From the NCBI GenBank assembly GCA_951406725.2, contig OX597837.1, positions 19,654,001 to 19,718,000 on the forward strand: DNA of 64,000 nt, given 5' to 3'. The translations under genes were made by a program, and so were the position numbers. Origin of the DNA: Octopus vulgaris (Eukaryota). Position 1 is the stretch's first letter. Each line of letters begins with the position of its first letter. Under the pieces are notes generated by a model. The model was not told the origin of the DNA, made no database searches, and worked only from the letters and a program-made list of their open reading frames with translations. Positions 26,999 to 41,000 of this stretch are shown in pieces.

Positions 26999-27700
26999 CG
27001 TGACTACCTCAGCAAGTCGGCATACTAACAGAACGAATAGGAACGGATTAAAAATCACGCCAGCAAACAAGACGAGAGGTACGAAAAATGGGGGCGATGC
27101 ATTTAAACAACGATGCACCAACACCAATAGGAATTGCTGCTTGCGCAGCGCTGTCAACATCATCACCCAAACCACCACCACCACCACCACCATTGCTATA
27201 AACACCACAAACATAACAAATACTAGTTCAACTTCACGCACACCAACAGTCAGAATACACACCCAATATGAACATAAAAAACCCCATTAACTCCACGGTC
27301 ATAAACACAAGCAACAACAACAACAAGAAGAAGAAAACAAGAAAGAAAACAACAAGAAAATGAAGCACATCAACGTATATGCATGACGCACTACAGCTAC
27401 ATCAGACTTACAAATAAGATAGGAGCGCACAAAAGAGATCATAATATCGCAAAAGACATGCAGTAAAAAAGAAAAAAAGAAACAAATATCCCGACGGAGT
27501 TGAAAGTTTCCAAAGAAATATTTACATAAATCTTTAGAAAGATTAAGAGCACTTCGCTCTTTCTGTCAAACATGGCCTTACTTACAAGTGGTAATGTGAA
27601 GGCTTGTCGCTTGGTGTTGCCTTGGAAGCATGGCCACCTGCTCAACGGAACCTGATAGATGTGGTTGTCGCTAATAAGATAAGAATTTCTGCCACACCAA

Positions 27701-28227
27701 TTTCAGCGTGGCGGTATCTCGTAGATACCCTAAGTTATAATTTTAATAATAATTATTACCTGTGAAGGTTTTTATTTCCATGCTGGCCACTTGATAAGAT
27801 CGTTATTGAATTTAAATTAACGATCTTATCCTTAGTTATATAAATTTAAATTTATTTCGTCATTGTATTTACTGCGGTGATATTTTAACCATATCGCACA
27901 TGGAATTAAGAAGCGGGCATTTTGAACTGGTCATGATGCATACGTGCATACATATGTATGAATACGTTCGTATATGTAATTATTGGTACGTTGTATTTAT
28001 ATATATATATGTATTTATGCTTCTCTATGAGTATTTTCCACTGAGGAGGCAAAGCATTTCTAAATGCAAAGCCAGAAATCCTGGATCTGAAATTATCCAG
28101 TAATTTTTCACTAGTTATATTTTGCCTTTTTGTCTTCTTTCCTTGTGCTATATGAACACTTAAGGTGGTTTTAGAGTCAGATCCTGGCTGCTATTTTCCG
28201 CATAGCGATATCTCGTAGATACCCTAA

Positions 28228-28235
<8 letters not shown>
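27701..28235 (+). mobile_element. Non-coding retrozyme-like unit, 494-nt period, containing a hammerhead
   Basis: Direct repeat gtagataccctaa.ttataat at 27721 and 28215, ending in (TA)n. A third partial copy lies at 29311-29521. Confidence 0.7.
28035..28092 (+). ncRNA. Type I hammerhead ribozyme motif
   Basis: tttcca-CTGAGGA-ggc-aaa-gcattt-ct-aaatgc-aaa-gcc-a-GAAA-tcctggATC-tgaaa. Confidence 0.7.
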
Positions 28236-28294
<59 letters not shown>

Positions 28295-28589
28295 CACATA
28301 TCCTCCTTCCCCTCCCCTCATAAGGCCACCCACCCCTACACATTCCTACTCCACCTTCTCTATTCTTCCCATACCACATCCCATCCCCCCATCGTATCCC
28401 ACGCACCTATCGCCACATTTTCACACCTACACATACATACACGCACACGTCCAGACCACCAGCCCTCTTTCACAGGCACATACATACTCTCTTATACACA
28501 CACGCACCTTCGTGTTGGGGGTCATCTTTACTTTGTTATCTCCCTTCGTTTTGGGGGGGTCATCTTTACTTTGTTATCTCCCCTTCTTC

Positions 28590-28814
28590 CCTCTCGTGTG
28601 TGACCCTTCTGTCCGAAGTCAGTCGCCATGATAGATCGTTAGCCACTACACATATTTTTTCTCTCCTTGTTTCTCTTCTTGTTTTTTTCTGTGTCCCTCT
28701 CTGTAGAAGAGCGTAGGCTCGAAAGGTAAAAGACGTTTTCTATTCCTGAGCGTTATACTAATACATCTGTTTCTTTGTACACCTGTCTTCGTCTTTTGTT
28801 TTTTCATAAACTCT

Positions 28815-28820
<6 letters not shown>
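28590..28820 (+). mobile_element. Small Penelope-derived unit with a degenerate hammerhead
   Basis: CTGTAGA-a-gagc-gtag-gctc-GAAA-ggta at 28701-28728. Shares ttcctgagcg..aatac with 19481-19660; ends in (TA)n. Confidence 0.5.
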
Positions 28821-28851
<31 letters not shown>

Positions 28852-28882
28852 TTCATACATACTATGTATGTATGCATTTATG

Positions 28883-28914
<32 letters not shown>

Positions 28915-28991
28915 CTTTACTTTTACTCTTTACACCTGTTTGTTTTGTACACCACCTGTCTTCGTCTTTTGTTTTTTTCGTAAACTCTCCC

Positions 28992-29044
<53 letters not shown>

Positions 29045-29114
29045 TATATACGTTATTTTTCATACATATTTCTAGTGGTGAATGCCTATTATGGCCGTTC
29101 CTTGATTGTTGATA

Positions 29115-29222
<108 letters not shown>

Positions 29223-29518
29223 GTATTTATGTTATGTATGTATAATATATATATATATATACATATATATACAACATATACGAATACTTGCATATACGAA
29301 CGTATACATTGCTAGTTTATTTTGTCTATTTGTCTTATCATCTGGTGCTGTATGAACATTTAATGTGGTTTTAGAGTCAAGTTTTGGCTGCTATTTTCAG
29401 CGTGGTGATATTTCTTAGATACCCTAAATTATAATTTTAATAATAATTATTACCTTTGAAGGTTTTTTTTCCCATGCTGGCCACCTGATAAGATCGGTAT
29501 TTAAATAACGAGCTTATC

Positions 29519-29612
<94 letters not shown>

Positions 29613-29734
29613 CACGCATATATATGCGTTGTAGCTGAGGACATATTTAATAAACAACTCTAATCTATCAAAATCAAATGTATTTTTATAAAAAAAAGGT
29701 AGTATACATGTTCTTGGTCAGATTTCTTATTAGA

Positions 29735-30500
29735 TTATTCTATGAATCCGCCTTCATCGTGGATGACTGCTCCAGTGCGGGATTCCAGTGTTCCACACGT
29801 CTGCGCTTAATCATTTGGGACATCTCCTGTACAATGACAACCTGCAGTGAAGCAGCCGATTAGCCACCCTTTCAACAACGCTCTCTATGGGCCCCAGTTT
29901 TGTTGTTATAGGATCATAAAGATTGTTTGATACCCAATCATTGAGTCACGTGCGCTTTGAGAAAAAGTACTGTGTCTTGAAACACGTATAATTTCCCACT
30001 TCGCATTTCAGTCTTGTAGGATTTATCAACTGTCTCCTAGTGGAACGATGTGAGGTGGCGTGATATTCATAATTTCTGAGACTAACACAAATGCTGGAAA
30101 CTATGTGTGCATTGTTCTAGAGATATCGGTAGTAACTGTACATAACTATCTGTTGTTTTTGTTAGACTTTTGATCTTCGTTGAATATGTTTTCATCATCA
30201 AAGTACCAAAGCGAAGAATATGCATCACAGCTCCGTTAGTCCACTCCGACAACTGAAGTCCTTTGGCAAAGGCTTTCATTGATTTCTTGGGATAACCATC
30301 GATTATATTTTAAATCAGCTTGATGAACTTCGCTGTGTTTACAGTGTCCAAACGTTTAGAATGTTATTTTTCTCTCTCTTTGATTCGGTTGAAACATTCC
30401 TGCAAGAGGCTTCCAATTGCATCCAAACTTTGCATAAAAAATGTCTTAGCAATTTCTAAGTTACTGTGTTCCACACATATGATAATAATCACTGCATGTC
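29735..30500 (-). pseudogene. Decayed Tc1/mariner-superfamily transposase (maT/DD37D-like)
   Basis: IIDGYPKKSMKAFAKGLQLSE (HTH), GKLYVFQD..KAHVTQ, and C-terminus AVIHDEGGFIE*. Many stops and deletions. Confidence 0.7.
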
Positions 30501-30875
30501 TTTCCATTTCTTGAGTTAGCATTTTGTCTGTCTTGGGGAGAAATGAAAATATCTTGAAAGAAATGAAAATATTTTAATTGGTTTCAAGTGAGTAATACAC
30601 TGATACACATGACAGCAATATACCTATAATACACCATGCACGCTGTATATATAGTATTCACAAGCGCACACACACATGCACACATACACACACGCGCACA
30701 CACACATGCACACATACACACAAACACTTACACACATACACGCACATGCACACGCACACACACTCAGGCACACACATACACACATATGTATATGTACGTA
30801 TCTTTTATCTTTTACTTGTTTCAGATAGAAGACAACGGCCATGCTGGTGCCTCGCCATGAAGAATTATTTTTGTC

Positions 30876-33527
30876 CAGGGATGTCCAACCCTTTTTCCTA
30901 GTGGGCCAAATTATCAATTTAAGTATATTCAACGGCCCACAAAGGTACTTAGATATAAACTTTTAAAACGTTCAAAACAGTGAATAAAATGTTTTAATAA
31001 CAAATATAAATACAAAAATGAAATTACACTTAAACAAAATATAATCAATGTAAATTTTGGCATTGCTTTCCTTTTATGATATTCTCAATATCTGCTTTTG
31101 TGGTACTATTCTTTACTCTGAGAATGTTAGTTAAATGGCAATCACTCGGCTTTATTTCTTTCAGCAGTTTTGATGTTTTCCATACACGAAAAGAATTGTT
31201 CACAGCAGTATGTACTACCCTACATGCACAATAGCTTTCTAGCTAAATTGGCAATTTGATCAAATTCATTGAAAGAATGCAAGTTATTGTAAAAAAAGTC
31301 AAGATAAAAGTTTTGCAATTTCTTGTAAAAAGTCAAGATAAATTTTCAAAGATACTCTACTTTGATGTTCAATGAGTTCTTGCTGGTTTTGGCTGGTGCT
31401 TCTACATAAATAAATGGAACACTCAACAATTTTAGTTCACCTTCTATCTTTCTGAAGTCAGAAAATCTGGTTGTAACATCTTCTAACAAAGCTTCACATA
31501 ATTTAGTGTATTTTTCAAAGTTCACAGGAACTTCTTGTCTTTTAGATAAATTCTGAAAATGTACAATCTCTCCACCCTTCAACTGTATTATGTAAAGTTC
31601 TAATTTCTTAGTAAAGCTTGTTATTCACTCAAACATTGAACAACATAACTGGTCTTTTCCTTGTAAATGCAAATTAAGTTCAGTTAACATTCCAGTCATA
31701 TCTACTAAGAAGGACACATCATTCAACCATTCTTCATTTGCTAAAAAATCTACATTTTGCTTTTTGTTTTGTATGAACTATTTTATTTCAGGCAACAATA
31801 ATTGAAATCTATTCAAAGTTGTTGCTTGACTGAACCATCTGAATTTTGAGAAATAAATAACATCTTCATATTCACTGCCAAGTATGCTTTGAATGTATGA
31901 TGGTTCAAACCCTGAGATCTGATAAAATTAACAACGTTCACAAAATCTGTCATCAACTGTTTCATGTTTAATTTTTGAGCACACAATAGCTGTTGAAGAA
32001 TCAAGCAATGATAGCTAAGTATATCATGATCAACCATTTCTTTGAATAAAGTAATAAACCCATTATTTTCAAAAGGTTAATGCAGGAGCACCATCAGTTG
32101 TAATCGAATTGTATTTCTATCATCATTGAACTTTTCCAATGTTAAATTAACATTATTCTTTTTCATTCCAGGTGCCATTATATTATACATTTGCAAAGAG
32201 TAACCATGCCACGCACAAAAAATTCAGCACAACTATCAGATTGTCAAAGAGGTTGAATTGTTGGGGAGTTTGAGGCTGGTCTGAGCCAGCGAAAAATTAC
32301 CGAAAATCTTCAAATTCCTCTTGCTACAGTTAATAGAATTATAGTGCAATTTAGAAGCCAAGGAAAAGAATCAGATTCTCGTCCTGGCCGACCTGGGTCC
32401 TCGGAAAGGAAGCTTCACTGTTTGAAGAGAATTGTGGAAAACGAACCCCGTTCGAAGGTTTCTGACATTGCAAAACAGCTAGAAGTTAGTCCAAGAACGT
32501 GTGTTACATATCTGCACAAACTTGGGTATTATGGACGAGCAGCTAGAAGAAAACCTCTCCTTCAACCAATTGATATCATGAAAAGAAGGAAATGGGCTAA
32601 GGAGATGTCAGAAAAATCCAGTTCATTTTGGAATAGAGTGATTTTCTCAGATGAATCCAGATTTGCATTATTTTCAGACAGTGGACGGGTTTGGGTCTGG
32701 AAGCTTCCCAATCAAGAATTTGATTTGAAACGACTCCAACCAACTGTGAAACATGGTAGTATCTCTGCAATGGCATGGGGAGCTGTCACCAGCAATGGTC
32801 GTTCTGAGCTGATCGAATGTGTTGGAACCATAAACACTGAAAAATACATCGAAATACTTAAGCAAGGACTACTTCCGATAACTTAACGACAAATAAGTTT
32901 CTATTCATGGAAGATGGGGTTTCATGCCACACAGCGAAAAGGAATCAACAATGGCTAACTGAAAATGGGATCAAAAAGCTTCCTTGGCCGAGCCAATCTC
33001 CTGACATGAACCCAATTGAAAATCTTTGGAGCATACTAGATAGAGCTATATGAAAAACTCGACAGAAACCTACATGTAAACATGAATTGTTTCAATTGTT
33101 GCATGAAAAGTGGGCAGAAACTCCACAAGAGACAATCACAAAGCTCATCAGTTCCATGCCAAAAAGAGTTTCTGAATTAAAAACTGCAAAGGGAATGTCA
33201 ACTAAATACTAAAGTATGTAGTCCTACTTATCGATTACATTTCAATAGTTCGCCTTGCGTATTAAATAAAAGATTTGAAAATTAAGGGTGTCTATTTACT
33301 TCCTGCATGTTTGTGTACATCATAAATCCCGTGACCTCCTTCATTTTACTTCCCTCTATTGAGCTTTTCATTGGTCCATTCAAAATAGCACACTTCAAGA
33401 ATAATTTTCTCATCATACATTATCAAAGTAAATGAAAATATGACTAGAAAATAACACATAGAATTAGAATTTGAATCGCCAGTGGACTGCATGAGTATAT
33501 TAAGTGGCCGAGCGTTGGAAATCCCTG
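30876..33527 (-). mobile_element. hAT transposon (Buster/Charlie/SPIN-like), decayed, with both TIRs
   Basis: TIRs cagggatgtccaac / gttggaaatccctg. Transposase relics ITTDGAPAL, YHCLILQQLLCA, VVNFIRS, LTELNLHLQG and GSTYCCEQFFS at ~31130-32110. Flanks tttttgtc/gtttagtt are a decayed 8-bp TSD. Confidence 0.88.
32206..33212 (+). pseudogene. Tc1 (DD34E) transposase pseudogene nested in the hAT element
   Basis: MPRTK...RKPLL...VIFSDESRF...PTVKHG...FMEDGVSCH...SPDMNPIENLW...TKY*, with 34 residues counted between D and E. In-frame stops near 32254 and 33051 and a frameshift near 32885. Probable right TIR ends at ~33317. Confidence 0.93.
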
Positions 33528-34073
33528 GTTTAGTTGAATTAATCGACCCAAAATAGTTATTGTTTAAGTCTGGTATTTATTCTGTCGGCCCCTTTTGCCG
33601 AACCGATATACAACGAGGACATACACATAACAACACTGGTTGTCGGGGGTACAAGCACAGACACAAAAAGACACACATTCGTACACACTCTCACATACAC
33701 ACAAAAACACAAGCACACACGTATACATACTTATATATGTGTGTATATATATGAAGATACGAGGGCTTCTTTCAGTTACCGTCTACCAAGTTCGCTCACA
33801 AGGCCCAATACTATAATAGATACTAAGATGACGCGCAGTATGACTGAACCCGGTGCCATGCGGTTGGGAAGCAAGCTTCTTACCACATACCCACACACCA
33901 ACATGCATACATGCATACATGCATACATGCATACATGCATAGATACATACATACATACATGCATACATACATGCTTACATACAAACACACACACATATAT
34001 AAACTATAAATAATATATATATATTTGTGTGTGTGTGTAGATATAACATACGTATATGTACATACATCTATAC

Positions 34074-34127
<54 letters not shown>

Positions 34128-34128
<1 letters not shown>

Positions 34129-34730
34129 TATGTGGGCACAGGACGTCATGAAACGTGTACAAAAAATACCAAGTACGAGTACATGGAATATGAACTATGT
34201 TTTCGAACAACGAGACACACAGACAGAAAACAAGACAAACAACACAAATAACGGCCCTTCATCAGTTGTTGGTTGCTTTTCTACTCTCGTATTTCGAGCA
34301 TTTAACAACAATATACGCTTTCGACAAAACAGTTGCTCCCGCAAAGCAAATTAAATAAAATTTGGGATTTTGCGGCGGGTGAAAATTGGTAGCACAAACG
34401 GGAAGGACTGCTAAGCCTGAACGGGGTTGTGGAGGCGAACGTAAATCAAGCTAAGACAGGAGACAGACAAGAACACATCTTCCTATTTCCAGCTACTCCA
34501 GAGAGAAAGAAACACAAGTAAGGAGAAGAAAGAAAGATGGCCGATGGTCACGTGGCGGACCCGTGAGTAAGGGAGGACAACAGTAGAAAAACAACCAACA
34601 ACTGATGAAGGGTCGTTCTTTATGTTGTTTGTCTTCTTTTCCTTTTGCATCTTACCTTGTTCGAAAAAATAGTTCATATTCCATGTACTCGTACTTGTAC
34701 ACGTTTCATGACGTCCTGTACCTACATATG
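34128..34730. mobile_element. Inverted-repeat element (~155 bp arms) within (TA)n
   Basis: 34128-34287 is the diverged reverse complement of 34582-34730. The arms contain CTGATGAagg. Confidence 0.75.
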
Positions 34731-34919
34731 TATATATATATATAATTAGGGTTCAGCAAAGAAATTTACTTTACCACACACCGAACTTTTAGAAATAGCA
34801 GCCAAAGAATTTAGCTATTTCTTCTACTATAAGAAGAGTCTCCCAGACAATGTATACTCAAAAACAATTCACGTAGGCATAGAGGGAAAAATAACGCAAG
34901 ATCACTCGTACATCGATTA

Positions 34920-35003
34920 CTTGAGAACGCCGTTTCTGGGTTAGTTAGATATAGAGATGCTAGAAATACATACCTATATCAACATTCCTGTCATCAGCCC
35001 AAG
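34920..35003 (-). ncRNA. Type I hammerhead with extended stem II, in a (TA)n-flanked island (34745-35005)
   Basis: Minus strand: cttggg-CTGATGA-c-agg..gatatag..ctatatc..ccc-a-GAAA-cggcGTT-ctcaag. Confidence 0.7.
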
Positions 35004-35512
35004 ATATATATATATATATATATAATTTATATTATTATATGGTTGCACGCCACGCATCTTCTTCCAAGTGAATTTCATCTATATGTGTATGTATATTTAT
35101 ACACATTTATATACATACACGTATGTATACAGTATGAACATATATGTACAGATATTTACACATAGATATACTTGCAATTATATATACATATGCACATTAT
35201 GTATAAATATACATACATATATTCTATTATTCTTTTATTCTTTTATTTGTTTCAGTCACTTGACTACGGCCATGCTGGAACACCGCCTTTAGCCGAACAA
35301 ATCGACCCCAGGACTTACTTTTGTAAGCCTAGTACTTATTCTATCGGAATCTTTTAGCGAACTGCTAACTTACGGGGACGTAAACACACCAGCATCGGTT
35401 GTCAAGTGGTAGAGGGACAAACACAGTCACATACATACATACATACATACATACATACATACATACATACATACATACATACATACATACATACATACAC
35501 ACACACGCACAC

Positions 35513-35578
<66 letters not shown>

Positions 35579-36179
35579 GATGGGCTTCTCTCAGTTTCCG
35601 TCTACTAAATCCACTCACAAAGCCCGAGGCTATAGTAGAAGACACTTGCCCGAGGTGCCACATAATGGGACTGAACCTGAAACCATGTGGTCGGGAAACA
35701 AGCTTTTTACCATACAGCCACTTATACACACACACACATACATACACACGCACAACAATATTTATATAATACCGATATATAATACGGTATATATAATAAA
35801 TGAAAATATAAATATTATTACACACACGTATATCTATATACATTCTATATGTTCATTGACACGCACGTACACACTTTTATATATGCGCCATTATATATAC
35901 TCCTTGATGTATACTTCTGTGTGGGCGTGTTTGTGCGTAGAGATACATGGCTATAAAAAGCGGAATAAGTGTACAAACGAATATATAATTTTCTTATGCA
36001 TAATTCACAGCTGTGTCTGCTTGTCTGTCTATCTGTCTGTCCGCCTGTATCATTTTCTCTCTATGTCTCTGACTCTGTCCGTCTGTCTGTCTGTCTGTAT
36101 CATTTTCTCTCTATGTCTCTCTCTATCTCTGTCTGTCTGTCCGTCTGTATGTCTGTCTGTCTGTCTGTCTCTCTCTCTG

Positions 36180-36217
<38 letters not shown>

Positions 36218-36344
36218 TATCTATATATATATATATATACACATACATATATATTTACATTTTTTCGCTCACATGCACGCACATACACGTACATAAATAT
36301 ACGTATATATACATATAGTCATTCACATATATATATACATACAT

Positions 36345-36381
<37 letters not shown>

Positions 36382-37040
36382 CATATTTACATACATACGT
36401 ATATATATATATATATATATACTTTTACATATGTATATACATATGCACACCTACGTACATATACGCATATATATACATGGATGTGTATATATAATATATA
36501 TATATATATATTATACACACACACACATACATATATTCAGACACACACACGCATACCGATATTTAGGTCTGCATATATATGTGTGTGTGTGTGTGTGCGT
36601 GTGAGTGTGTGTGTGTCTGTGTGCATGCGTGTGTGCGTGTGTGTGTGGTTAATCCAAAAAGCTTCTTATTGTATATGAAAGACGGATGTTAATGCATATT
36701 GTTTTAGATTTGCCTTGAAATGTAGATTGCGCCGGTGAACTAGGATCGTTTTTATCTTCCAGCGGCTACAACGCAGTAAACAATGCCTGTCTATCTGTCC
36801 GTCTGTCTGTCACACTGTCTCTCTGTACACACACTCTCTCTCTCTTTCTCCCTCTCTCTTTCTCCCTCTCTCTTTCTCTCTCTCTCTCTCTCTCACACAA
36901 TCATACAAAAACGTGCGCACGCGCAATCACAATATATATATATGTATGTATATGTGCATGTATATAGATATATATATTATATACATATCCTTATGTGTGT
37001 GTGTGTATATATACGTATATATATATATATATATATATAC

Positions 37041-37092
<52 letters not shown>

Positions 37093-37331
37093 GATTGTAT
37101 AGTGTACAATTATACTTTAGGGCACAACGGGAACTATCTGACCAGACACAACCAACGACTACATGAAAGATATTCAACGAGTGGCTGTGTGGTAAGTAGC
37201 TTGCTTCTCAACCACATGGTTCCAGGTTCAGTCTCATTGCGTGACACCTTGGGCAAGAGTCTTCTATGTGGCCTCGGCCGACCAAAATCTCGTGGGTTGA
37301 TTTGGTAGACGGAAACTGAAACAAGCCTATC

Positions 37332-37362
<31 letters not shown>

Positions 37363-37599
37363 TGTGTGTGTGTAGTGTCTGAGCAAAATACTGGAAATAG
37401 CTTACTAAATGGAAGTTTTATTATTTAAAACGGTTTTGGTACATCATTGGAAACAATCGCAAGGAGGTTTGAATTTGTTGAAGAACTAATTCATACATGT
37501 TCGGAACGGCTATTAGAAGAATTTGAAGCAATTCTTCAAAAAAATCCTTGCAGCAAATGTAGAAGGAAGCAGTCTCTTATTTGTTCCAAAATGCTCCCT

Positions 37600-37634
<35 letters not shown>

Positions 37635-38096
37635 TGTGTGTGTGTGTGTGTGTAGGGGGAAGTGGGTCAATCCATATTGTCTACTTTACCTCTGTGTTCT
37701 TACCACTTTTGAATAATATTTATTGTGTGACTCCAAGGTGGCTCTGGCAGAAGGTAATGGTAATGGCAGAAGGTAATGGCTAACTTCTGCTGACACTTTT
37801 ACCACAACTTTTTCTCACTCTTTCTTCCTGCATCTTGCAGCTCACCTGCGACGGACCGGAGTCCTGTCCAGGTGGGGAACCTTTACGCCAAAGAAACCGG
37901 GAAACCGGCCGTTATGAGCCAGGCGTGGCTCGAGAAGGAACAAACAACAACGTCTTTATGGAGCTCACTGCAAACGATGTTTGTTGACACAGTATTCGCA
38001 AGATGTTAGTTTAACACTACTATCAATTTTGCTGCCGTACGCCGATGGGTTTTAGACAGTCTTCGTTTCACTATTCTGTGGCCCTCTCGGCGAGTT

Positions 38097-41000
38097 TTAA
38101 CTTATTATTATGCTTTGGCCAGAGCTAGGTTTACCTTGGTTTTACCTTATTATTATGCTTTGGCCAAAGCTAGGTTTACCTTGGTTTTACCTTATTATTA
38201 TGCTTTGGCTAAAGCTAGGTTTACCTTGGTTTTACCTTATTATTATGCTTTGGCCAGAGCTAGGTTTACCTTGGTTTTACCTTATTATTATGCTTTGGCC
38301 AAAGCTAGGTTTACCTTGGTTTTACCTGATTATTATGCTTTGGCCAGAGCTAGGTTTACCTTGGTTTTACCTTATTATTATGCTTTGGCCAAAGCTAGGT
38401 TTACCTTGGTTTTACCTTATTATTATGCTTTGGCCAAAGCTAGGTTTACCTTGGTTTTACCTTATTATTATGCTTTGGCCAGAGCTAGGTTTACCTTGGT
38501 TTTACCTTATTATTATGCTTTGGCCAGAGCTAGGTTTACCTTGGTTTTACCTTATTATTATGCTTTGGCCAGAGCTAGGTTTACCTTGGTTTTACCTTAT
38601 TATTATGCTTTGACCAGAGCTAGGTTTACCTTGGTTTTACCTTATTATTATGCTTTGGCCAGAGCTAGGTTTACCTTGGTTTTACCTTATTATTATGCTT
38701 TGGCCAGAGCTAGGTTTACCTTGGTTTTACCTTATTATTATGCTTTGGCCAGAGCTAGGTTTACCTTGGTTTTACCTTATTATTATGCTTTGGCCAGAGC
38801 TAGGTTTACCTTGGTTTTACCTTATTATTATGCTTTGGCCAGAGCTAGGTTTATCTTGGTTTTACCTTATTATTATGCTTTGGCCAGAGCTAGGTTTTAC
38901 CTTGGTTTTACCTTATTATTATGCTTTGGCCAGAGCTAGGTTTACCTTGGTTTTACCTTATTATTATGCTTTGACCAGAGCTAGGTTTACCTTGGTTTTA
39001 CCTTATTATTATGCTTTGGCCAGAGCTAGGTTTACCTTGGTTTTACCTTATTATTATGCTTTGACCAGAGCTAGGTTTACCTTGGTTTTACCTTATTATT
39101 ATGCTTTGACCAGAGCTAGGTTTACCTTGGTTTTACCTTATTATTATGCTTTGACCAGAGCTAGGTTTACCTTGGTTTTACCTTATTATTATGCTTTGGC
39201 CAGAGCTAGGTTTATCTTGGTTTTACCTTATTATTATGCTTTGGCCAGAGCTAGGTTTACCTTGGTTTTACCTTATTATTATGCTTTGGCCAGAGCTAGG
39301 TTTACCTTGGTTTTACCTTATTATTATGCTTTGGTTTTACCAGAGCTAGGTTTACCTTGGTTTTACCTTATTATTATGCTTTTGTTTCTGTTTACCTTAT
39401 TATAGAGCTAGGTTTAGTTTACCTTGGTTTTACCTTATTATTATGCTTTGACCAGAGCTAGGTTTATCTTGGTTTTACCTTATTATTATGCTTTGACCAG
39501 AGCTAGGTTTACCTTGGTTTTACCTTATTATTATGCTTTGACCAGAGCTAGGTTTACCTTGGTTTTACCTTATTATTATGCTTTGGCCAGAGCTAGGTTT
39601 ACCTTGGTTTTACCTTATTATTATGCTTTGACCAGAGCTAGGTTTATCTTGGTTTTACCTTATTATTATGCTTTGACCAGAGCTAGGTTTACCTTGGTTT
39701 TACCTTATTATTATGCTTTGACCAGAGCTAGGTTTACCTTGGTTTTACCTTATTATTATGCTTTGGCCAGAGCTAGGTTTACCTTGGTTTTACCTTATTA
39801 TTATGCTTTGCCAGAGCTAGGTTTACCTTGGTTTTACCTTATTATTATGCTTTGGCCAGAGCTAGGTTTTACCTTATTATTATTGCCAGAGCTAGGTTTA
39901 CCTTGGTTTTACCTTATTATTATGCTTTGGCCAGAGCTAGGTTTACCTTGGTTTTACCTTATTATTATGCTTTGGCCAGAGCTAGGTTTACCTTGGTTTT
40001 ACCTTATTATTATGCTTTGGCCAGAGCTAGGTTTACCTTGGTTTTACCTTATTATTATGCTTTGACCAGAGCTAGGTTTACCTTGGTTTTACCTTATTAT
40101 TATGCTTTGACCAGAGCTAGGTTTACCTTGGTTTTACCTTATTATTATGCTTTGGCCAGAGCTAGGTTTACCTTGGTTTTACCTTATTATTATGCTTTGG
40201 CCAGAGCTAGGTTTACCTTGGTTTTACCTTATTATTATGCTTTGGCCAGAGCTAGGTTTACCTTGGTTTTACCTTATTATTATGCTTTGGCCAGAGCTAG
40301 GTTTACCTTGGTTTTACCTTATTATTATGCTTTGGCCAGAGCTAGGTTTATCTTGGTTTTACCTTATTATTATGCTTTGGCCAGAGCTAGGTTTACCTTG
40401 GTTTTACCTTATTATTATGCTTTGGCCAGAGCTAGGTTTACCTTGGTTTTACCTTATTATTATGCTTTGGCCAGAGCTAGGTTTATCTTGGTTTTACCTT
40501 ATTATTATGCTTTGACCAGAGCTAGGTTTACCTTGGTTTTACCTTATTATTATGCTTTGACCAGAGCTAGGTTTACCTTGGTTTTACCTTATTATTATGC
40601 TTTGACCAGAGCTAGGTTTACCTTGGTTTTACCTTATTATTATGCTTTGGCCAGAGCTAGGTTTACCTTGGTTTTACCTTATTATTATGCTTTGGCCAGA
40701 GCTAGGTTTACCTTGGTTTTACCTTATTATTATGCTTTGGCCAGAGCTAGGTTTACCTTGGTTTTACCTTATTATTATGCTTTGGCCAGAGCTAGGTTTA
40801 TCTTGGTTTTACCTTATTATTATGCTTTGGCCAGAGCTAGGTTTACTTGGTTTTATTTTTATGCTTGGTTTTACCTTATTATTATGCTTTGGCCAGAGCT
40901 AGGTTTACCTTGGTTTTACCTTATTATTATGCTTTGGCCAGAGCTAGTTTAGGTTTATCTTGGTTTTACCTTATTATTATGCTTTGGCCAGAGCTAGGTT

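Noticed and set aside
27793-27835. Helitron 3' end (hairpin plus cttag)
   Set aside because: The hairpin is AT-rich, directly abuts a non-CTRR end, and lies inside a repeated hammerhead unit.
32344-32886. Intact active transposase gene
   Set aside because: It is only a segment of a longer frame broken by stops and a frameshift, and the left TIR was not found.
34582-34680. Hammerhead in the arms of the 34128-34730 element
   Set aside because: CTGATGA is present, but I could not build consistent stems I-III with a GAAA/NUH.
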